From NCBI GenBank assembly GCA_011046135.1, contig DSBG01000091.1, positions 12,265-76,264 on the forward strand: a DNA stretch of 64,000 bases, written 5' to 3'. Under the pieces are notes generated by a model that searched no databases, was not told the DNA's origin, and was given only the letters and a program-made list of their open reading frames with translations. Of this stretch, positions 1 to 8,790 are shown one piece after another; position 1 is the stretch's first letter; every line of letters starts with the position of its first letter. Position numbers and translations under genes: made by a program. Source of the DNA: Deltaproteobacteria bacterium (lineage in GTDB: Bacteria; Desulfobacterota; Desulfomonilia; UBA1062).

Positions 1-1274
1 ATCTCGTCGCGCTGCATGAAGCCGGGATACGTAACGACAATGAGATCCTTGGTTGTCTTCTCCTTCACCCTGATGAGTCCGTCCACGTAGGTCCGGTTCA
101 TATCATCGCTGATCCCGCCCCCGAGGATCACGAGGGCATCGATTCCCGCATCCTCAATGAGCACCTCCAGTGTATCGAGGTAGAAGCCGAGCTCGAATGA
201 GGCGCCGAGACCCACGTCCACGGGGTTGCCCCGGGACGTCCCGGTGGGGGGAAGGATGTTCTCAAGCCGTTTCCTGGAGGACTCCGACAGTGTCGCCATT
301 TCAAGGCCGTTTCGCTCAACGGCATCGGATGCGGAAACCGCTGGGCCACCCGGGCCCGATATAATAACCACTCTCCCACGGCCACTACGGGAAAAGCGCG
401 AACAGGCCATCACCGTGTCCAGCATCTCCTCGATGTCAGAGACCGATATTATGCCGAACTGCCGGAACAGCGCATCCCAGAGATGGGCTTTTCCCGTCAG
501 CGACCCGGTGTGAGATGCCGCTGCCCTGCCTCCGGCATCCGTGCTCCCCACCTTCCACATGACCAGTGGTTTTCGCCACGCATGCCTCTTGAAAACATCA
601 TGCAGCGCCCCCGGGTCCTCCAGCCCCTCGGTGTAGGAGCAGATGACGCCGACCTGTTCGTCCGTGTACATCCACTCGAGGAGCTCCGCCAGACCGATGT
701 CGCAGCTGTTTCCGTAGCTGATGGAGGAGTGGAAGTGGAGCTGTTTGAGCGCGCAGGCATTGATGAACAGGGTCATGAGAGACCCGCTCTGGGTGAGAAA
801 CCCGATGTTCCCGGCAACTCTGGGCATCATGGGAAACGGGGCCAGGCTCGCACCGGGAGAGTAGATGCCCATGCAGTTGGGCCCGATGATCCTGAACCCC
901 CCTGATCGTGCGATCTCACGCATGCGTTCCTCATCCCGCCTGTCATGTCCGCCACCAAGTTCGGAGAATCCCGAGGTGTAGAGCACCACGACCGTGACCT
1001 TCTTTGCCGCGCACGCGTCGAGCACTTCCCAGATGCTCTCTTTCGGAGACAGCACGATGACCATCTCCACCTCCCCGGGGATGTCTGTGAGCGACTGGTG
1101 GGTCTTTATCCCATCGATGGCTTCCGCGCTCGGGTGCACCAGGTACAGATCACCGGAATATCCCAGGTCAAGGAGCCCCAGAAGGAACACCTTGCCTGCC
1201 TTGAGCCCACGGGGAACGCCGATGAGGGCAATGCTTCCCGGGTTGACGAGGGCTTGTATCGTTTCCTGATTCAT
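1..1274 (-). CDS. NDP-forming acyl-CoA synthetase / CoA-binding domain protein. N-terminal ~424 aa only; the 3' end runs off the window
   Basis: Own translation of the minus strand from the ATG at 1274, with AGGAGG 6 nt upstream: MNQETIQALVNPGSIALIGVPRGLKAGKVF...GFRIIGPNCMGIY... There is no stop before the window edge, which is why it is absent from the ORF track. It has a succinyl-CoA-synthetase-alpha-like CoA-binding motif pattern. Confidence 0.6.
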   Translation of the reverse strand, partial: MNQETIQALVNPGSIALIGVPRGLKAGKVFLLGLLDLGYSGDLYLVHPSAEAIDGIKTHQSLTDIPGEVEMVIVLSPKESIWEVLDACAAKKVTVVVLYTSGFSELGGGHDRRDEERMREIARSGGFRIIGPNCMGIYSPGASLAPFPMMPRVAGNIGFLTQSGSLMTLFINACALKQLHFHSSISYGNSCDIGLAELLEWMYTDEQVGVICSYTEGLEDPGALHDVFKRHAWRKPLVMWKVGSTDAGGRAAASHTGSLTGKAHLWDALFRQFGIISVSDIEEMLDTVMACSRFSRSGRGRVVIISGPGGPAVSASDAVERNGLEMATLSESSRKRLENILPPTGTSRGNPVDVGLGASFELGFYLDTLEVLIEDAGIDALVILGGGISDDMNRTYVDGLIRVKEKTTKDLIVVTYPGFMQRDE

Positions 1275-1496
1275 GAACAGCACCTCCTGATAACACGATA
1301 GCACCCGGGCTCGACCCATGAACCAATGCCCGGGTGAGCATATGTATCCAGAGCCGATTCTACCACAGAACCGACCGGGGTGAACACACACGGTATTCTT
1401 CCTTCGACATTGCCCTTCAACGCTCCGGTCCTTCGGGTCTTGCTTTTTTTCAGGTTTTACCTATAGTTAGGAGAGAATGGCCACCATGAAGGAGGG

Positions 1497-2114
1497 ATGT
1501 GCCCCATGAGCCGGAAACAGAAGCGAATCGTTCTCATCTGCCAGTGTCTGGTCAATCCCTACTGCAGGGTGCACATCCTGGGTCAGAATTTTCCCCTGTC
1601 GCTCGACCTCATGAACTACCTCTTGAGGAAAAACGTTGGTGTCATCCAGTATTCCTGCCCAGAGACCACGGCCATGGGCCTGATGCGCAACCCTCAGGGT
1701 CGCCAGCAGTACGACAACATCTTTTTCAGGGACCACTGCAAGGAACTCCTCAAGGTGCCGCTACTCATGGTCAAGGAGTTTCTGAAGAACCGCTACATCC
1801 TGAGCTGCTTCATCGGCCTGGAGAACAGCCCCACCTGCGGGATCCACTGGGGAAAACACAAGGTAAACAAGTACGGCACCGAATCCCCCAACCCAGAAGA
1901 CAAGCCCGGCAAGGACGATCCGGTGCTCATGGGCATCATGGCCGAGATTCTGGCCGAGGAGTTTCTCAGAGAAGGGATCGATGTCCCGTTCCTGGAATTT
2001 CCCGCGCTCTCGGATCCGAATTCGGACAAGAGAACGCGGTTCTGGCGGGATCTCGAGGAGGCGGTCTCCCCTATCCCTCCGGAGAGGCCTGAAGAAAAAC
2101 AGGATCCTACCTGA
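1497..2114 (+). CDS. DUF523-like (TudS-like) Cys-rich protein, hypothetical
   Basis: 205-aa ORF with GGAGGG upstream. The motifs IVLICQCLVNPYCRV, SCPE and SPTCG resemble DUF523, but I am not certain of the family assignment. Confidence 0.5.
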   Translation: MCPMSRKQKRIVLICQCLVNPYCRVHILGQNFPLSLDLMNYLLRKNVGVIQYSCPETTAMGLMRNPQGRQQYDNIFFRDHCKELLKVPLLMVKEFLKNRYILSCFIGLENSPTCGIHWGKHKVNKYGTESPNPEDKPGKDDPVLMGIMAEILAEEFLREGIDVPFLEFPALSDPNSDKRTRFWRDLEEAVSPIPPERPEEKQDPT

Positions 2115-2985
2115 GGAAGAGTTTCCCTTTCTTCCTCTTTAGAAACCCCTCTTGCACGAGGGCATCGAGAATTTTTCTTACCCGCTCGGCCTCCACGCCG
2201 AGGTGTTCGACGAGTTCTTTGTCTTGAAGCCCGGAGCGCTCAAGGAGGAGCTGGAGAATCTGTCCCCTGATCTGCCGGTTTGAGCCGGTGAACCGAGCCT
2301 GTCTCGTGTAGTGGGCGCTCCTGCGGTTTGGATTGGGACCATCTTTCGCGAGCATGGCGCCATAGTCCATGAGCGCATAGTACCAGTGACGGGGGTCGTC
2401 CCTGTCCAGGGTCTGCTCGATGATTGGCAGGATCTCTTGGTCGCTGACGGCCTCCCGGTCAGGGAAAAAGAAGTGGAGAAAAACCCTGCGGATGTTGGTC
2501 TCGATGAATACCACTGGTTCGTTGAAGGCAAAGGCGAGGATTGCACCTGCCGTGGCGCGCCCGATGCCCGGCAGGCCGAGAAGCGCGTCCAGGCTCCGCG
2601 GGAGTTCGCCGTCGAAATCCCTGAGAACGATCTGCGCTATTCTTTTCAGGACCAAAGCCCGCCGGTTGTATCCGAGTCCCTTCCAGATCCTCAGCACAGA
2701 GGTCAGCTCAGCGGCATCTAGCGCTGCGACATCGGGGAACGCCTCGAGAAACTGGAGATACTTGCTCTCCACCCGGGAGGTTTGCGTCTGCTGGAGCATG
2801 ACCTCGGAGACGAGAATGTTGTAGGGATTGTCGGTTTCCCGCCAGGGGAAGTTTCTCCTGTACACATCGTAGTACCCGCGAATCTTCCTGCGTAACCCCC
2901 TGATCAAATCTGAGGAGAACTCCGGCGGTTCCTGGAAGGACTTCGCGAATAATGGGCTCTCCTGTCCGGCACACTTCTTCTCCAT
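2107..2985 (-). CDS. HhH-GPD superfamily DNA glycosylase (MutY/Nth-like). It lacks the Fe-S cysteine cluster and has a C-terminal winged-helix-like domain
   Basis: 292 aa with FPWR...DPYNILVSEVMLQQTQ and LPGIGRATAGAILAFAF helix-hairpin-helix-GPD motifs. There are no 4-Cys clusters. Confidence 0.7.
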   Translation of the reverse strand: MEKKCAGQESPLFAKSFQEPPEFSSDLIRGLRRKIRGYYDVYRRNFPWRETDNPYNILVSEVMLQQTQTSRVESKYLQFLEAFPDVAALDAAELTSVLRIWKGLGYNRRALVLKRIAQIVLRDFDGELPRSLDALLGLPGIGRATAGAILAFAFNEPVVFIETNIRRVFLHFFFPDREAVSDQEILPIIEQTLDRDDPRHWYYALMDYGAMLAKDGPNPNRRSAHYTRQARFTGSNRQIRGQILQLLLERSGLQDKELVEHLGVEAERVRKILDALVQEGFLKRKKGKLFLR

Positions 2986-3118
2986 GGATTCCCTGTACTA
3001 CAGCCAGCACGTCTCCTTCAACAGACCTCTTATCTCTCAAAAAAATCGGAACGTATCCTGATGATAAAAAAAGGCCCAGCATTTGCCGGGCCCTTTGGGT
3101 CTTTTTGTTTGGTATTAA

Positions 3119-3595
3119 TTAATTTCTTGGAATGTAACCAGATGGAATCGCATTCGATCCTCCTGACCACACCCCTCTTGCACCCTGTGCCACTGTGAGT
3201 ACCAATGTTCTCCCGTTAAATTCTGAGCCAATCTCTCCATTGAACTCAACCTGAATTATTGAATTAGTATTAGCATCGGACGTAACCTGGCAATTGGCAA
3301 GTGTTACATATGTTTCAGGAATCTGGATACCCATGCTGTTTGCTATGTTAGCGCCCACAATTGGAGTCAATACTGGTCCTGTTGCATCGCTGCAGCCGGC
3401 ATATCTTCCAGTTGCCTGAAACTGTTCGATTGCAGCCGTCCCAATAGCACCCATGGCATTAGTAATTTCGCTCATCCTGGCCCGCTTCACGTAGCCGGAA
3501 TATGCAGGAATAGCAACTGCCGCCAACACACCGATGATCGCGACCACGATCATCAACTCAATCAACGTAAAACCTTTCTTGTCTGATTTCACCAT
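3119..3595 (-). CDS. pilA: type IV pilin PilA (class III prepilin signal)
   Basis: N-terminus [24 protein letters not shown] is the canonical prepilin leader plus a hydrophobic helix. 158 aa. Local GC is lower than its surroundings. Confidence 0.9.
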   Translation of the reverse strand: MVKSDKKGFTLIELMIVVAIIGVLAAVAIPAYSGYVKRARMSEITNAMGAIGTAAIEQFQATGRYAGCSDATGPVLTPIVGANIANSMGIQIPETYVTLANCQVTSDANTNSIIQVEFNGEIGSEFNGRTLVLTVAQGARGVWSGGSNAIPSGYIPRN

Positions 3596-3960
3596 TTGTT
3601 TACTCCTCCTTTAGAGTAGGTATTATGATTCGCTTAACAGGGTATGTATTAAGCCGGTTACGAATGTGCATTCTGTGGTTCCCGTTTTGTCCCTTTCAGT
3701 ATTTTCTTCTCTCTACGGATAGTTTTTAAAATACTTTAGGGGATTTTTTCATTGCCTTGGTGCTGCGTGTATGGCTACGCCCACACCAGGAAAGGAGGGG
3801 TTCTCTGGATTACAATGCCATATCAGTTACTTCTTCCTCAGAACCTCTGGTTACCATGACACGCTGGAGGGATCAAGGAATTTTTATGCCCTTTCGTGAG
3901 AACAAGTCCCGTATCGTTTTTCTGAGGAAGCTCCTTCTTTCAAACACGAGGACGAGAGGT

Positions 3961-4680
3961 TCACACATCCTCGGGACTCGTGTTCGCATAGAGGATCCGC
4001 TGGCACACCGGGCAGTTGATGATCCTGTCACCGCGGACAAGTTCGTTGAAGAGCTGGGGAGGGATGTGCATGTGGCATCCGCCGCAGACCCCGTCGATAC
4101 AAGCCACCACGGCAAGACCCTTCTTGCTCTGTTTGATCCGGTCGTACTTGGACAGGAGCGTGACATCGACGCCCTTTCTGAGACGCTCATCCTGTCCCTT
4201 GTTTTCATCTCGTATGGCCTCGAGCTCCGTAATGTGATCATGAAGCTTCTGCTTCTTATCTTCCAGGATCACCTTGTCAGATTCAAAAGACTGCTTGATA
4301 CGCTCCCGCTCAACGATCTTCCTGTCGATCTTGTCCATAATGGACAGGATCGTGTCCTCGATATCGGCCTTCCTCTTCTTCGCAAGATCAATCTCGCGTT
4401 GCAGCGCCAGGTATTCCTTGTTTGTCTTGATCCGTTTTATCCGTGCGTCGGCCGCATCGAGGATGGCCTGGTTTTCATTCAGCTCTGCTTCAAGCGGGAC
4501 TTTGCGTTCTTCTGCAGAAGCGATCTCTTCATCGATGGCATCGAGCGCCCGCCTGCGCGCCGTGATGATGCTGTCTATCTCTTCGATCTCTTTCGGGCTC
4601 TGTTTCAGCCCTTCCTCGGCCTTGTAAATTTCCAGCTCTACATTCTGCAGGGCTATCAGATCAGCTAATAAATCTTTCAA
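3961..4680 (-). CDS. zinc-ribbon domain protein (COG1579/DUF164-like coiled coil with a C-terminal C4 zinc ribbon)
   Basis: 239 aa. It has a long coiled coil and the C-terminal CIDGVCGGCHMHIPPQ...CPVCQRIL motif. The pairing with Nif3 is conserved, and it overlaps the downstream gene by 4 nt. Confidence 0.75.
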   Translation of the reverse strand: MKDLLADLIALQNVELEIYKAEEGLKQSPKEIEEIDSIITARRRALDAIDEEIASAEERKVPLEAELNENQAILDAADARIKRIKTNKEYLALQREIDLAKKRKADIEDTILSIMDKIDRKIVERERIKQSFESDKVILEDKKQKLHDHITELEAIRDENKGQDERLRKGVDVTLLSKYDRIKQSKKGLAVVACIDGVCGGCHMHIPPQLFNELVRGDRIINCPVCQRILYANTSPEDV

Positions 4681-5450
4681 TCTTTCATCTCCTTGAGCTG
4701 TGTCATGAATTGAAAGACATCCCCGCCCGTATGCGTAAGGATCTCTATTCCGTGCAACTCTTCCCTGAGCCTCGCTGCAAAGGGCTCGACGATAATCTCT
4801 TCAGTGGAGAAATGGCCGGGATCAACCACGTTCATTCCCCTCTCCCTGGCATCGATGGCATCGTGGTATCCCACATCACCGGTCACAAAGGTGTCGCACC
4901 CCAAGTCAAAGGCCTGCCTCCAGGCATCCATTCCACTGCCGGGGCACAGCCCCACCACCCGCACCTCTGTCCCGGCATCGACAATCCGCATGGTTGGGAA
5001 CGGGAGGGTTGTAATCCAGGATCTCAGGGGTTGAGGAGCAGAAAGCGTCCCCATTCGCAGCGCACCAACTCCCTTGACCTCCTTGAGTACAAGTCGTTTT
5101 GCCAGTTCATCCGCCACACCACCACTGGCCGTGTCAAGGTTTGTGTGCATGCTCACCAGAGAGATACCTTCTTTGATGAGGCGTTCGATCCTTCCGGGCA
5201 CAGATTCACTCAAATCAATCCGCCTCAGGGAATGAAACACCAGGGGATGGTGCGTGATGAGAAGATCGGCTCCAGCTCTTCGGGCCTGTTCGATGGAAAC
5301 ACTGTCTGGCTCCAGGGCAACCATGATCACCCGAATCTCCTGCCGGGGATCTCCCACCATGATCCCGGTGGCATCCCAGTCCTCTGCCGCCTCAAATGGC
5401 GCGATTGCATCGAGAACAGTTAACACTTCTTTGAGCACCATCTTCTGCAT
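4677..5450 (-). CDS. Nif3 family dinuclear metal centre protein (YqfO/YbgI-like)
   Basis: 257 aa with LLITHHP...SMHTNLD...GDVGYH Nif3 motifs. Confidence 0.85.
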   Translation of the reverse strand: MQKMVLKEVLTVLDAIAPFEAAEDWDATGIMVGDPRQEIRVIMVALEPDSVSIEQARRAGADLLITHHPLVFHSLRRIDLSESVPGRIERLIKEGISLVSMHTNLDTASGGVADELAKRLVLKEVKGVGALRMGTLSAPQPLRSWITTLPFPTMRIVDAGTEVRVVGLCPGSGMDAWRQAFDLGCDTFVTGDVGYHDAIDARERGMNVVDPGHFSTEEIIVEPFAARLREELHGIEILTHTGGDVFQFMTQLKEMKD

Positions 5451-5558
5451 AAAAAAAGGGGTGCTACCTCTAGCACCCCTTTTGTCGCTCCTTTTCTTTC
5501 TTCAGCGCGACACGCGTCTCTTGTATGAATCCTGCAATCACTGTTTTTCCCCAACATC

Positions 5559-5631
5559 TGGGCCCACCTGGAATCGAACCAGGGACCTACCGGTTATGAG
5601 CCGGTGGCTCTACCAATTGAGCTATGGGCCC
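5559..5631 (-). tRNA. tRNA-Met (anticodon CAU), elongator type; it could instead be tRNA-Ile2
   Basis: The reverse complement folds as a cloverleaf: GGGCCCATAGCTCAATTGGTAGAGCCACCGGCTCATAACCGGTAGGTCCCTGGTTCGATTCCAGGTGGGCCCA, with anticodon CAT at positions 34-36. There is no encoded CCA, and the anticodon stem is not initiator-type. Confidence 0.85.
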
Positions 5632-5676
5632 ATACCATAGGGTTCTTAATCCAAATATTTTCGAGGTGTCAAGCTC

Positions 5677-7443
5677 TTAATTGGAGACAAGTCCCTCCAG
5701 GATATTCACGATTTTTATATTCTCTTCAATGGAATGTATACTGGATTCGATCTTTTCTATCTGTTCCTGCAATGCAGAGAGTTCCTGCTGATCCGTCTCA
5801 CGGGCGAGTTGTTCTTCAAGAGCCTTCTTCAGCCCCTTGAAATACTCGATCTCGCGATCGGGGAGCGAAAGGAGCTTGGGTACCTCGGTCTGCGACCCCG
5901 AGGAAGTCTCTCTGAGGAACTCGACGATATCGGGAGATTCAGATCTGGTGAGGCCATGCTGCATATCGGTATTGATGAAGGATATGTTGTCATAGTAGAA
6001 GTTAAACACGGTTTTGATCATACCTGCCCGGTTTGCCACAATTTCGCCCAGAAAGGGCGTAAATTCCGAAAATCTCTTCTCGATCTGTTCGTTCAGGTTC
6101 TTCTTCTCGACCGCATCCTCACACGTGTACCTGTCCTTGATTGTATCGTAGAAGAACTCATAATAACAGTACAGCGCCAGGAACACGATGAAATTGCCCA
6201 CGAGGTTCCCGTTCGTGGTGCATGAACTCGTTGACATGGCTCCCCCTCGCGAGATGATTTCTTCTGGTGCCTTGATCATCCAGTCGATGCCGAAGAGCCC
6301 GGGGATGTTGGTGACCGCTTCGTAGCGCACTTTCCCTTCCCGAGCCTTCTTCACGCGCTCGGCATCCTGGTAGAGCAGGCCCAGGGCCTTGAGGTTTGGG
6401 ATGAGGGATGCACAGATAAAACCATACTCGTTATCTTCATAAAACGAGAAGGTAACGTAATTCGGTGAAGTGACTGTGAGAAAATTCGGGGGAAAGTTCA
6501 CGAGTATTTCCTCGCCATCTATTTCCTTGATGGTGGAAGGCTGCTTGGAGAGAATCTGTGCGTAGTTTTTAAACTCTTTGGTGGCAAGAACCTGCTCTAT
6601 GATTCGTTTAAAGAATCCCTTGAACAGGGATGCTGCCTTTCCAAGCTCAAAGGGATTGTAGGAAAACAGCGGGGCTTTCAGCGCAATCCCTGTCCTGAAG
6701 AGGGTTCCTGTGGGGCTGTAATTCCGGGAGCACAAAACACTCACTTCGCTCTGGCGAGACAGGAGCCTGTTCTCCCACCCCTTTGCCGGTGCGGATTCCA
6801 GAAAACCCATGGAATAGTTCTTTTCGTGGATCTTGTCCAGCCACATGGACATCCGCTCTGCCTTTTTAGCCGTGTCTCCCACACAGGCGAGCAGTACGTT
6901 TGCTCCCAATTCATGGGCAGTATCGAGCACACTGTCCATGATGGCTTCTCCTGAAAGCTCTCCTAGCCTGATATTGACGTGCCTGATGGTGGAAAGAACC
7001 TCCTGCCTGTCTGACGACAGGACCTTGATGGCTGGGAGACCCTCCGGCGTGTCTACAATCTCCTGCCGGTCAAAGGGAATGACATGATTTCTCTGTGGTT
7101 CCTCATCGAGGCTCTGCTCGACATACTTGGTCCTGAGTTCATGTTTGCCGTCTGCCTTCAGACGATAGATCGGCATCCCTTGCTTGTCATAGCCTTCGAG
7201 TATCTTAGATTTTTCCGAACGCATCACCCCGGCGAGCAACTGCTGAACCGTGGGGATATCAGCGGTGAAAGCACCGAAGACGACGTCGATCCAGACATCA
7301 TCATCCCTGAGCTCCTTTTTCTTGGCGCGCGTGAGAATATCCTCGTTGTTTTCCATTGATGCATACATGGCCTGAAGCCCCATTCTCCCGTTTGCGCCGC
7401 GTATTGCAACTCGTATTACCGGAATCTTATCCCTGATATCCAT
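5677..7443 (-). CDS. uncharacterized 588-aa protein with an N-terminal DapB-like NAD(P)-binding motif and a C-terminal coiled coil
   Basis: The long ORF is 5677..7593. The start was reset to the ATG at 7443 (MDIRDKIPVIRVAIRGANGRMG), which has an AGGAGG RBS. The IRVAIRGANGRMG motif resembles the dihydrodipicolinate reductase N-terminus. The remaining ~500 aa match no family I recognise. Confidence 0.6.
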   Translation of the reverse strand: MDIRDKIPVIRVAIRGANGRMGLQAMYASMENNEDILTRAKKKELRDDDVWIDVVFGAFTADIPTVQQLLAGVMRSEKSKILEGYDKQGMPIYRLKADGKHELRTKYVEQSLDEEPQRNHVIPFDRQEIVDTPEGLPAIKVLSSDRQEVLSTIRHVNIRLGELSGEAIMDSVLDTAHELGANVLLACVGDTAKKAERMSMWLDKIHEKNYSMGFLESAPAKGWENRLLSRQSEVSVLCSRNYSPTGTLFRTGIALKAPLFSYNPFELGKAASLFKGFFKRIIEQVLATKEFKNYAQILSKQPSTIKEIDGEEILVNFPPNFLTVTSPNYVTFSFYEDNEYGFICASLIPNLKALGLLYQDAERVKKAREGKVRYEAVTNIPGLFGIDWMIKAPEEIISRGGAMSTSSCTTNGNLVGNFIVFLALYCYYEFFYDTIKDRYTCEDAVEKKNLNEQIEKRFSEFTPFLGEIVANRAGMIKTVFNFYYDNISFINTDMQHGLTRSESPDIVEFLRETSSGSQTEVPKLLSLPDREIEYFKGLKKALEEQLARETDQQELSALQEQIEKIESSIHSIEENIKIVNILEGLVSN

Positions 7444-7644
7444 GATCTCCTCCTGCCCTGTAGTGTCATCACTTCTCATCGTTGCCCTAAACCACGAATC
7501 CGTATAGCAGATACCCTGCACGGTGGCAAGGAAATCGAGGATCGTCTTTCCGTCTGTACCCCCTTCCGGTTCTGAATTTGTGCTCGTCAGCATCTCAACG
7601 ACCCTGTGCGATGATCTCCTTTCCCTTCTTGAAGCATTCCTGCT

Positions 7645-8790
7645 ATGATCCCTTCCATGCTGAAGGTAGACGCTGTCATAATTGGAGCCGGCATTATCGG
7701 ACTATCCGTAGCGCACGAGATCTGCTCTCCAGGAAAAGACATCGTCGTGATCGAACAGCACAGTGGTCCGGGAAAAGTCATCAGCTCAAGAAATTCCGAG
7801 GTGATTCATGCGGGGATCTACTATCCTTCAGGCTCTCTGAAGGCAACACTGTGCGTTGAAGGATCCTCCATGCTCTACGCCTTCTCCAGAAACCATGGCA
7901 TCCCTGCCAGAACGACCGGCAAAGTGATCGTTGCGGTCACCGCTTCTGAGGAAAAAACCCTTGAGGAGCTCTTCGTCTCAGGCCAAGCCAACGGGGTCCA
8001 GGGTCTTGCCCTGCTCGACAGGGCTCAGTTGAAAAGAATCGAGCCCCATGTGGAAGGCAAAAGCGCCCTCTTTTCCCCCGGTACCGGCATCATCGATACG
8101 CACGCTCTTCTCAAACGGATAGAGGCTCTCTGCCTGGAGAAGTCCTGCTCCATTGTCTACAGAACCCGCCTCGTGGCGCTCGATCCCGTTAGCTCCGGCT
8201 TTGTTTGCACTGTAAGCGGGCCCGACGGGAAACGCTCCTCGTTCATCTCAGAAGTGCTCATCAATGCCGCAGGCCTTGACTCTGATCAGATTGCATCCTT
8301 AGCAGGCATCGACATCGACAAGGCAGGGTATCGGATCTATCCCATCAAGGGTGAGTATTTCAGAATACGGGGAAGCAAGCATCGTCTGATCCAGGGACTC
8401 GTCTACCCGTGCCCTGCAAAAAGCCTCACTGGCCTGGGAATCCACGTGACAAAAGATCTTTCGGGTTCTGTCAGGCTCGGACCCAATGCCTTCCCGGTGA
8501 AAGAACATACCTATGATGTCAATCCTTCTCATGTGGACGAATTCCTTGCCGGTACCGCCGGGATGCTCCCCTTTCTCTCAAGGGATGATCTTATCCCAGA
8601 CATGGCCGGCATCAGGCCGAAAATCCATGCCCCGGGAGAGGAGGTGCGAGATTTTGTCATCTGCCACGAACAAAAACGGGGTCTTCAAGGCTTTATCAAT
8701 CTCATCGGCATCGAATCCCCAGGGCTCACGTCGTGTCTGGCTATCGGTAGGAGAGTGAGGCAGCTCATGAACCAGGAATGCCCGATCTAA
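7645..8790 (+). CDS. FAD-dependent oxidoreductase, L-2-hydroxyglutarate oxidase/dehydrogenase (LhgO)-like
   Basis: 381 aa with an N-terminal DAVIIGAGIIGLSVA dinucleotide-binding motif and a DAO-family layout. Confidence 0.75.
   Translation: MIPSMLKVDAVIIGAGIIGLSVAHEICSPGKDIVVIEQHSGPGKVISSRNSEVIHAGIYYPSGSLKATLCVEGSSMLYAFSRNHGIPARTTGKVIVAVTASEEKTLEELFVSGQANGVQGLALLDRAQLKRIEPHVEGKSALFSPGTGIIDTHALLKRIEALCLEKSCSIVYRTRLVALDPVSSGFVCTVSGPDGKRSSFISEVLINAAGLDSDQIASLAGIDIDKAGYRIYPIKGEYFRIRGSKHRLIQGLVYPCPAKSLTGLGIHVTKDLSGSVRLGPNAFPVKEHTYDVNPSHVDEFLAGTAGMLPFLSRDDLIPDMAGIRPKIHAPGEEVRDFVICHEQKRGLQGFINLIGIESPGLTSCLAIGRRVRQLMNQECPI

Noticed and set aside
1421-1451. Apparent UUCG-tetraloop terminator (GGTCCTTCGGGTC followed by T8)
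   Set aside because: On base-by-base checking the arms GGTCC and GGGTC are not complementary. Only 2 to 3 pairs form, so only the T-run is real
3757-4668. 303-aa plus-strand ORF
   Set aside because: It is exactly antisense to the well-supported zinc-ribbon gene at 3961..4680, has no recognisable motifs and is low-complexity. It is a shadow ORF
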